From assembly GCA_964557565.1 (NCBI GenBank), contig CAZLAH010000001.1:37112-76870 (forward strand): a stretch of 39,759 bases of DNA. Direction: 5' to 3'. Under the pieces are notes generated by a model. It was not told the origin of the DNA. It ran no database searches and saw only the letters and a list, made by a program, of their open reading frames with translations. Position 1 is the first letter of the stretch; every line of letters starts with the position of its first letter. Of this stretch, positions 33,325 to 39,759 are shown piece after piece. Position numbers and translations under genes: made by a program. Source of the stretch: an uncultured Candidatus Saccharibacteria bacterium. Its GTDB lineage: Bacteria > Patescibacteriota > Dojkabacteria > SC72.

Positions 33325-34122
33325 TTATATTCTTCTCTCAGCGATAACTATTAACCTCTTTGTCCCTATGCCCAAAGGCCAACAGGTCATCATTGTTACG
33401 GTTTCTTTGTCATTTACAGGTTGCAAGATGGAGAAGTCGTCAGGAGATACTATCTTCTTGCTTCTTACTACATACTCTAGCACTTTTTCATCTCTTTTTA
33501 TTGTTACTTTCTGTCCTACATCTATACCATCCAGTCTTGAGAATATTGTTTCTGGATTGTTTGAGTGCTTGTTGAAGAATGATTCCACAGCACTATGTCC
33601 ATATATGAAGGAATTGCCACCATCTCCAGGAAGCGGAGTACCTCTGAAGTGTGCTACTCCTGTTTTTAAATATTGATTGTAAACATTCTCTTTCTCACTC
33701 TCTACATTAGCAGCTATCTTCACCCCTTTTATACCAATACTCTCAATATCGATATACATATTTTTTGAATATTCTTTGTCCACTTTGACCTCTACCTGTG
33801 ATCCAGTTTGAGGGTTGTATGAATACTGATTTGTTAGATCTAAATTCCCTAATTTCTGAGAAAGATTTGCAAAGTAACTAAGACCAGGATCGTAGTATGC
33901 AAATTCATCTTCAATATATTTTTTGTAAGACTCAGGAACAGGTTCTACTTTCATATCTTGTCTCTTCTCTTCCAATACGCCTTCTACATATGACTTTGTA
34001 AGAGGTATTACTTGGCTAGCAACAATTACAAGCCCTGCTGTCGCGAGGAAGAAGGAGGTATACAATCTTACCTTCCTTACTTTCTGTGTATCTTCTACTT
34101 TTACATTCCATTGGCTATCCAT
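33325..34122 (-). CDS. sortase family transpeptidase
   Basis: The ORF track starts at a TTG (34128); the first ATG is at 34122. N-terminal TM anchor. Catalytic His in GNSFIYGHS, Cys in TVTMMTCWP (TLxTC-type), Arg in TKRLIVIAER. Confidence 0.85.
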   Translation of the reverse strand: MDSQWNVKVEDTQKVRKVRLYTSFFLATAGLVIVASQVIPLTKSYVEGVLEEKRQDMKVEPVPESYKKYIEDEFAYYDPGLSYFANLSQKLGNLDLTNQYSYNPQTGSQVEVKVDKEYSKNMYIDIESIGIKGVKIAANVESEKENVYNQYLKTGVAHFRGTPLPGDGGNSFIYGHSAVESFFNKHSNNPETIFSRLDGIDVGQKVTIKRDEKVLEYVVRSKKIVSPDDFSILQPVNDKETVTMMTCWPLGIGTKRLIVIAERRI

Positions 34123-34177
34123 ATACAAAGATATTATCAGATTTCAACATATGTTTGAACAGTAATTTCTTAACTGA

Positions 34178-34204
34178 GTAGCAAATATTGTTTTTGTTTG
34201 CTAA
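34178..34204 (+). promoter_or_regulatory. degenerate CIRCE-like inverted repeat upstream of dnaJ
   Basis: GTAGCAAAT-N9-GTTTGCTAA: 12/18 arm positions match the CIRCE consensus with an exact 9-nt spacer. The core TAGCAAA/TTTGCTA is a perfect 7-bp inverted repeat. Overlaps a possible TAGCAA-17-TAAAAT promoter. Confidence 0.35.
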
Positions 34205-34217
34205 AATTATTCCTCAT

Positions 34218-35306
34218 ATGGAAAAAAGAGATTACTATGAAATATTGGGTGTGAAGAAAGATGCCAGCAATGGGGAGATAAAGAAGGCGTACAGAAAGCT
34301 GGTAAAAAAATATCACCCTGATGTAAACAAAGAACAAGATGCAGAGGAGAAATTTAAAGAGGTACAGGAAGCATACGAAATACTCTCTGATGAAAGTAAA
34401 AGATCGGCTTACGACCAATATGGACATGCTGGTACGGCAGGTTTCAATCCTGGAGGAACAGGTGGATATACAGATTTCAATGGAGCACCTTTTGATATGG
34501 GAGATATATTCAATTCTTTCTTTGGTGGCGGTTTAGGAGATGATTTCGGATTCAATTTCTCTTCCTCTAGCAGAAAAAGAGAAGATGAAGGAAGTGATAT
34601 TAGGTATAGGGTGAGACTAAGCTTTGATGAAGCAATGAGAGGTGGAGAGTACAAGATTGGTATAAGGAGGGAGGATAGGTGTGAGAAATGTGGTGGATCT
34701 GGTAGTGCTTCTGGGAAAACCAAAGAATGTCCTGTATGTAAAGGATCTGGGCAACAGCGTCAAGTTAGAAATACGATATTTGGTCAGATGGCAGTTATGT
34801 CTGTTTGTACTAATTGTAATGGGAAAGGATATGTAGTTGAGGACCCATGTAAAGAGTGCAAGGGTACGGGAGTTAAGATAAAAGAAGAGAGTTTTACAGT
34901 AAAAATTCCAGCAGGAGCATACGACGGTATGGTGTTGAGATTCAGAGGAGGTGGAAATGTAGGTAGAAATGGAGGCTCTGTAGGAGATCTCTATGTAGAA
35001 ATAGAGGTTGAGGTATCTACGAAGTTTGAAAGAAGAGGAAATGACATATATTCTACAGAAAATATCCCTGTGCATGTCGCAGTCTTAGGAGACAATATTG
35101 AGGTTAAGACAATATTTGAATCTGTTAAATTAAAAATACCTAAAGGTACTCAACCAGGGACTATATTTAAACTAAAGGGCAAGGGTTGTCCTTTATTCAA
35201 TTCCTCAAAAGACAGAGGAGACCAGTATGTAAAGATAGAGGTTGATATACCTACAAAGTTAAATGGAAAAGAAAAGAAACTTTGGGAGGAGATGGCTAAA
35301 GCATAG
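34218..35306 (+). CDS. dnaJ: molecular chaperone DnaJ (Hsp40), type I
   Basis: The track start at 34188 is a TTG inside the upstream inverted repeat. The ATG at 34218 gives the canonical N-terminus [13 protein letters not shown]-domain HPD (KKYHPDVN), G/F-rich region and four CxxCxGxG zinc-finger repeats are present. Confidence 0.95.
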   Translation: MEKRDYYEILGVKKDASNGEIKKAYRKLVKKYHPDVNKEQDAEEKFKEVQEAYEILSDESKRSAYDQYGHAGTAGFNPGGTGGYTDFNGAPFDMGDIFNSFFGGGLGDDFGFNFSSSSRKREDEGSDIRYRVRLSFDEAMRGGEYKIGIRREDRCEKCGGSGSASGKTKECPVCKGSGQQRQVRNTIFGQMAVMSVCTNCNGKGYVVEDPCKECKGTGVKIKEESFTVKIPAGAYDGMVLRFRGGGNVGRNGGSVGDLYVEIEVEVSTKFERRGNDIYSTENIPVHVAVLGDNIEVKTIFESVKLKIPKGTQPGTIFKLKGKGCPLFNSSKDRGDQYVKIEVDIPTKLNGKEKKLWEEMAKA

Positions 35307-35370
35307 TTTTGGATTTGGTATTGTACCAAATAATATGCTATACTTAACTCGAAAGTTATACAAAGAGAAG

Positions 35371-35399
35371 GGTGAGGATAGAATTCTCACCTTTTTTTT
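35371..35399 (+). terminator. rho-independent terminator after dnaJ
   Basis: Stem GGTGAGGA / TTCTCACC (one G-U pair), loop tagaa, followed by eight T residues (35392-35399). Confidence 0.8.
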
Positions 35400-35436
35400 A
35401 GAAAGAACTTTAACTTAAATTTTACATATTAGTGAT

Positions 35437-36531
35437 ATGTCAATGACATCTGAGTTCATATCAGCAATAAATCAAATATCTGCAGAAAGAGGTATTGAAA
35501 AAGAAGAAATATTTGAGGCTTTGGAATCAGCCATTTTAGTAGCATACAAAAAAGAGAAGTTTACAAATGAGGAGAAAGAAGAAGAGGAATTGGGCAGTAA
35601 TCTTACTGTTGAATTAAACAGAGAAACAGGAGAATTCAAACTAATTGCAACTAAAGAAGTTGTTAAAAAGGTTAAAGATAACGAATTAGAGATTTCAATA
35701 TCTGAAGCAGAATTAATTTCTCCAAATGTTGAAGTTGGTGACTCTATTCAAATCGAGATGCCTTCTGAAGATTTCGGAAGAATTGCAGCTCAAACTGCAA
35801 AGCAAGTTATTCTTCAAAAGATAAGGGAATCAGAAAAAGATGCAGTTATCAGTGAATATAGTGATAAGGTTGGAGAGGTGTTTTCTGCTTTGATGCAAAG
35901 AATGCAGAAAGGGCAGGTAATATTTGAGATTGGAAAAGCAACAGCAATAATGCCTTCTGAGGAACAGATATCAAATGAATTCTACAGAATGGGTGATAGA
36001 TACAAAGTTTTGCTTAAGGAAATTGTAGATTCTCAAATGATTGTTTCAAGAGCAGATCCTAAATTTTTGATAGAGCTGTTTAAGTTAGAAGTTCCAGAAA
36101 TAGAGTCTGGAGTTTTGGAGATAAAGGCTGTAGCAAGAGAAGCTGGTTCGAGAAGTAAGATGGCAGTGATTTCTAATCAAACAGGTGTAGATCCAATTGG
36201 TTCATGTGTTGGTCAAAGAGGTATTCGTATTGCAAATGTGATGAATGAATTGGGAGAGGAAAAGATAGATATCATTGAATGGGATGAAGATCCTGAGAAA
36301 TTTGTTGCAAACGCTTTAAGTCCTGCAAAGATAGAGGATGTTAAGATAGTAGAGGAAACAGCAACAGTTACAGTTCCTTCTGATCAGCTTTCTTTAGCTA
36401 TTGGAAGAGAGGGTCAAAATGTAAGATTGGCTTGGAAGTTAACTGGTTACAAGATTGATATAATTGGTTCTGGTGGTGAAATTGTAAAAAATGAAGAGAA
36501 TTCTGATGAAAAAGAATCTAAAGAGGAATAA
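35437..36531 (+). CDS. nusA: transcription termination/antitermination factor NusA
   Basis: 364 aa. N-terminal domain (FISAINQISAERGIEKEEIFEALESAILVAYKK), S1 domain and two KH domains (GSCVGQRGIRIANVMNELGEEKIDII; LAIGREGQNVRLAWKLTGYKIDI). Confidence 0.95.
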   Translation: MSMTSEFISAINQISAERGIEKEEIFEALESAILVAYKKEKFTNEEKEEEELGSNLTVELNRETGEFKLIATKEVVKKVKDNELEISISEAELISPNVEVGDSIQIEMPSEDFGRIAAQTAKQVILQKIRESEKDAVISEYSDKVGEVFSALMQRMQKGQVIFEIGKATAIMPSEEQISNEFYRMGDRYKVLLKEIVDSQMIVSRADPKFLIELFKLEVPEIESGVLEIKAVAREAGSRSKMAVISNQTGVDPIGSCVGQRGIRIANVMNELGEEKIDIIEWDEDPEKFVANALSPAKIEDVKIVEETATVTVPSDQLSLAIGREGQNVRLAWKLTGYKIDIIGSGGEIVKNEENSDEKESKEE

Positions 36532-36552
36532 TTTTTACAAAGAGGTTATACA

Positions 36553-38112
36553 ATGTCTAAGAATAGTACGAACAAAAAGGGAGAAATTAAAAGCACAAGC
36601 AATTGTGGTAGAGTCCCCATTGTCACTATTCTTGGTCATGTAGATCACGGTAAGACAACAATTCTTGATAATATCAGAAAGAGTAATGTACAAGAGTGTG
36701 AAGTTGGTGGTATTACTCAAAAAGTCTCAGTATTTACAGTAGATTTACCAGGCGGTAAAAAAGTTACTTTTGTTGATACTCCTGGGCACGAAGCATTTGA
36801 TCTCATGAGAGTCAGAGGTGGAAGTATTGCAGATATTGTTGTTTTAGTTGTAGCTGCTGATGATGGTGTGAAGCCTCAGACCAAAGAATCCATAGAGATA
36901 ATAAATAAATCAACAGTTAAACCAGTAGTTGCAATAAATAAATGCGATCTTCCCGATGTAAATCTTGAAAAAATAAAAAGAGAAGTTGTAAACAGTGGCC
37001 TTCAATTAGAAGGATATGGTGGAAGTGTACCTGTTGTAGAAGTATCCGGTAAAACAGGAAAAGGCTTAAATGAACTTCTTGATCTAATATCTCTAGTTTC
37101 GGAAGTGGAAGGATTAAGAGAGGATATATTGCTACCTGCTGGTGTTGTTGCAAAGGCATTTGTATTAGAATCGATAAAAGACAAATTCAAAGGAAATATT
37201 TCTTCCATAGCCCTAATACAAGGATGCATGGACCAGGGTAGTTGGTTCGGATACAAAGCAGGTGATGAATTTGTATTAGAAAAAGTTAAAGGAATGATTA
37301 CAGAGGAAGGTAAAAACCTTTGTTCTTTAGATTGTGGTTGTGGAGGAAAAATAATAGGTCTCTCTCATCTTCTTGAACTTGGTACCGAGGTTTTTGTTCT
37401 TTCTGAAAAGAATGAGAAACTTCTTAAAACTTTGTATTCTAAAGAAGAGAAATCTTTGATTGAAGAAGATGCTGAAATAGGTAGTTTCTTCTCTACAGTA
37501 AGTGAAGAAGAAGGTGGTCATCTTAATGTCATATTAAAAAGTTCTTCAGAAGGATCTTTGGAAGCAATAATGAAATCATTGGAGAAGATAGACGAAGATG
37601 GATTTAAGGTAAATATTGTTGATTTTGGAGTAGGAAGTATTACATTGAAGGATGCAGAGATGGCAGAACTTTCTAAATCAATTCTCTTAGGTTTTGAAGT
37701 CCCAATTGAAAAAGGAGTATTGGACTATGCAAAGAAGAAGAGAACTTTAGTAAAAACATATGACATAATCTACAAACTTTTAGAAGAGATTAAGGAAGCA
37801 ATAACCATAATGTCTTTACCTACTGAATCTGAAGAAGAGATAGGAAATGCTCTCGTAAAAACAATATTTACGCTCTCAGATGGTACTAGTATCCTTGGAT
37901 CTAAGGTAGAAAAGGGTTTGTTGAAGAAAGATTGTAAGGTATATATCGTTAGAAATGATGAAATAGTTGGAGAGAGTAAAATTAAGACATTGAGGATAAA
38001 CAAGGAAACTGTTACAGATGTAAAACAAGGTTTTGAATGTGGAATACAAATTAATGATAAGATAGAAGTGAAAGAAGGAGATCAGGTCTTCTGCTATAAA
38101 GTATCGAGATAA
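36553..38112 (+). CDS. infB: translation initiation factor IF-2, minimal form
   Basis: 519 aa. The G domain begins about 20 residues in ([32 protein letters not shown]). Domain II and the C1/C2 domains follow. A weak SD (AAGAGG) lies 8 nt upstream. Confidence 0.95.
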   Translation: MSKNSTNKKGEIKSTSNCGRVPIVTILGHVDHGKTTILDNIRKSNVQECEVGGITQKVSVFTVDLPGGKKVTFVDTPGHEAFDLMRVRGGSIADIVVLVVAADDGVKPQTKESIEIINKSTVKPVVAINKCDLPDVNLEKIKREVVNSGLQLEGYGGSVPVVEVSGKTGKGLNELLDLISLVSEVEGLREDILLPAGVVAKAFVLESIKDKFKGNISSIALIQGCMDQGSWFGYKAGDEFVLEKVKGMITEEGKNLCSLDCGCGGKIIGLSHLLELGTEVFVLSEKNEKLLKTLYSKEEKSLIEEDAEIGSFFSTVSEEEGGHLNVILKSSSEGSLEAIMKSLEKIDEDGFKVNIVDFGVGSITLKDAEMAELSKSILLGFEVPIEKGVLDYAKKKRTLVKTYDIIYKLLEEIKEAITIMSLPTESEEEIGNALVKTIFTLSDGTSILGSKVEKGLLKKDCKVYIVRNDEIVGESKIKTLRINKETVTDVKQGFECGIQINDKIEVKEGDQVFCYKVSR

Positions 38113-38121
38113 AGGCAATAC

Positions 38122-38150
38122 TTGACATATCCCATTTTTAATTATACAAT
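38122..38150 (+). promoter_or_regulatory. near-consensus sigma70 promoter of rpsO
   Basis: TTGACA (38122-38127), 17-nt spacer, TACAAT (38145-38150). Predicts a leader of about 60 nt before the rpsO ATG. Confidence 0.55.
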
Positions 38151-38216
38151 AGTGCACATTTTCATAAGGATTATCCCTTGTAAATACCGATATATGATGT
38201 TAACCTAATAATAAAT

Positions 38217-38480
38217 ATGGCACTAACAGGTGAAGAAAAAGCAGAAGTAATGAAGAAGTACGCCCTCCACGAGGGTGATACAGGTTCCCCTGAAGTTCAA
38301 ATAGCTTTACTCTCTCAACAGATAGATAGTTTAACAGAGCATTTGAAAACTCATAAAAAAGATAATCACTCAAGAAAAGGTCTTTTGAATATGGTCGGAA
38401 AAAGGAGAAGATTAATTCAGTACTTAAAGAGTAGCGAAGAGGAGCGATATAATGTGTTAGCTAAGAAGCTTGGTATCTAG
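38217..38480 (+). CDS. rpsO: 30S ribosomal protein S15
   Basis: 87 aa. [51 protein letters not shown] is the canonical S15 pattern. Confidence 0.95.
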   Translation: MALTGEEKAEVMKKYALHEGDTGSPEVQIALLSQQIDSLTEHLKTHKKDNHSRKGLLNMVGKRRRLIQYLKSSEEERYNVLAKKLGI

Positions 38481-38585
38481 GGATATCTTTCTACCCCTTT
38501 CTTTGTAAAAACTTTCAAATTAAAATAGATTAACCACTATTTGTATTTTTGGTTAAAATCGTAAATAAATTAAATATATTAAATA

Positions 38586-39759
38586 ATGTTGTTTAAAGAA
38601 ATAAAACACGAATTTGAGATAGAAGGAAGAAAGTGTGCCTTTGAAACAGGAAAACTTGCTCTTAAGTCTCAATCATCAATTCTTGCTAGAATGGGTGACA
38701 CAGTAATTACAGTCAATGTAAACAGTAAAGCATCCAATGGTGAATTGGACTATTTCCCACTTTCCGTTGAATATATAGAGAAATTCTATGCTTCAGGAAA
38801 GATAAGTGGATCTAGATTTGTAAAAAGAGAGAGATTCCCAAGTGATGATGCAATACTAAAAGCTAGAATGATAGATAGAGCAATAAGACCAAGATTTCCT
38901 CATGATTACAGAGATGAAGTCAGTATAATTGTTACAGTTATGTCTTTTGATGGAGAGAATGATCCATTGATTTTGGCATTGAATACAGTTTCTGCAGCTT
39001 TGATAAATTCTAATGTACCTTTTGAAGGTCCATTAGCTGGAGTCAGAGTTGGTTTGAATAACGATGCTCCTGTAAATACATTGAAGACATTGGATCTAAC
39101 TTCAGAAGAAGAGAAGATGAACTATGTAGTAGCAGGTGATGGAAAGGTATTCACAATGATTGATGCTGGTTGTTTCGAAATAGATGAGGAAAAAATAGTT
39201 GAGAGTATGGAAATGTCATTGAAATTAATGACACCATGGCTCGAAGCTCAAGATGGTTTTCTTTCAAAATTAGAAAAGAAAGAAAAAACATATGCAGGAT
39301 ATGAGACATCAGAAGATGTAATCACTGCAGTAAAAGAATTTTTAGGTGATGAAAAGATTCAAAAGAATCTTGAATCAGGAGATTCTAAATTACATAATGC
39401 TGCAAGAGATGAAATCTACAAGCAGTTTGAGGGTAAATTCTCTAAGGTAGCTATGAATGAAGCATATGATATTCTTCAGAAGAAGATGCTTCGAAAAGTA
39501 GTTCTTGAGAAAAATATCCGTGTAGATGGAAGAAAGATTGATGAAGTTAGGGAGATGGCTGCAGAAGTAGACCTTTTACCTAGAGTTCATGGATCTGCAC
39601 TTTTCACAAGAGGTGTAACTCAGACATTAACAATTGCTACATTGGGTAGCTTGAGAGATGTGAGATTGGTAGACGATATGGAAGGAGAGAGAGAGCAAAG
39701 ATATATGCATTTCTACAATGATCTTCCTTTTGCATATGGTGATGCAGATAGAGTTAAGT
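38586..39759 (+). CDS. pnp: polyribonucleotide nucleotidyltransferase (PNPase), 5' part; runs off the window end
   Basis: ATG at 38586 and open to the window end, so it is absent from the ORF track (no stop). MLFKEIKHEFEIEGRKCAFETGKLALKSQSSILARMGDTVI..., FPLSVEYIEKFYASGKISGSRFVKRE, VRVDGRKIDEVREM, PRVHGSALFTRG. Confidence 0.93.
   Translation, partial: MLFKEIKHEFEIEGRKCAFETGKLALKSQSSILARMGDTVITVNVNSKASNGELDYFPLSVEYIEKFYASGKISGSRFVKRERFPSDDAILKARMIDRAIRPRFPHDYRDEVSIIVTVMSFDGENDPLILALNTVSAALINSNVPFEGPLAGVRVGLNNDAPVNTLKTLDLTSEEEKMNYVVAGDGKVFTMIDAGCFEIDEEKIVESMEMSLKLMTPWLEAQDGFLSKLEKKEKTYAGYETSEDVITAVKEFLGDEKIQKNLESGDSKLHNAARDEIYKQFEGKFSKVAMNEAYDILQKKMLRKVVLEKNIRVDGRKIDEVREMAAEVDLLPRVHGSALFTRGVTQTLTIATLGSLRDVRLVDDMEGEREQRYMHFYNDLPFAYGDADRVK

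Noticed and set aside
34188-34217. TTG start extending DnaJ by 10 residues ([10 protein letters not shown])
   Set aside because: The extension lies inside the CIRCE-like inverted repeat and promoter. The ATG at 34218 gives the canonical [13 protein letters not shown]-terminus.
34170-35075. Minus-strand ORFs (85, 104 and 152 aa) overlapping dnaJ and its upstream region
   Set aside because: They are antisense to a canonical DnaJ. The 85-aa ORF is F/L/I-rich AT-driven sequence that spans the dnaJ promoter.
35307-35436. Small RNA or tRNA in the 130-nt dnaJ-nusA spacer
   Set aside because: The content is explained by two hairpins (a palindrome plus a terminator) and an A/T-rich nusA upstream region. 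There is no cloverleaf potential.
36535-36720. 61-aa minus-strand ORF overlapping the infB start
   Set aside because: It is antisense to the IF-2 G-domain and has no supporting signals.
38151-38216. Structured S15-binding autoregulatory leader upstream of rpsO
   Set aside because: Only a weak 4-bp AAGG/CCTT hairpin could be found by eye. That is not enough evidence to call a regulatory RNA without covariation analysis.
1-39759. Alternative genetic code (UGA recoding, as in some candidate phyla)
   Set aside because: Conserved proteins (GroEL, LepA, AlaRS, IF-2, GlyA) translate full length with code 11. A TGA works as a normal stop at 3188-3190. No in-frame TGA is needed to restore any gene.
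1-39759. CRISPR arrays, rRNA/tRNA genes, IS elements
   Set aside because: No regularly spaced direct repeats were seen. All intergenic gaps are at most ~130 nt and lack tRNA-like sequence such as a GTTCGAATC T-arm. No transposase or integrase-like ORF is present.

Overview
AT-rich, very tightly packed bacterial chromosome segment with about 40 genes, short or negative intergenic distances and several convergent genes with overlapping ends. Most of it is housekeeping: groES-groEL; a folD-glyA-thyX(long)-dcd thymidylate block; recF-lepA-rpsT; holA-LCP-mltG-ruvX-alaS; dnaJ; nusA-infB-rpsO-pnp. Between these sit accessory envelope genes: three large surface or membrane proteins with Ig-like, cohesin-like or DUF11-like domains, two small N-anchored single-domain proteins, a sortase, an orphan solute-binding protein and an LCP ligase. 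The short IF-2, short AlaRS, Gram-positive-type envelope genes and near absence of Shine-Dalgarno sequences suggest a streamlined Patescibacteria/CPR-like organism; this is inference only. Standard code 11 fits all ORFs. The most interesting locus is a translationally coupled minus-strand module (16458->12334): a PrgI/VirB3-like membrane protein, a 210-aa protein, a VirB4-like ATPase and an 83-aa ORF. It has no other conjugation or mobile-element genes, and it converges on a stand-alone Lon-type AAA+ ATPase that lacks both the Lon N-domain and the protease domain. Other notable points are a tandem pseudo-dimeric ThyX with complementary motif loss, two type-I membrane proteins with long Pro/Glu/Val/Thr-rich tails after the TM helix, degenerate CIRCE-like operators at groES and dnaJ, and apparent leaderless promoters. 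I found no rRNA, tRNA, CRISPR array, transposase or integrase.
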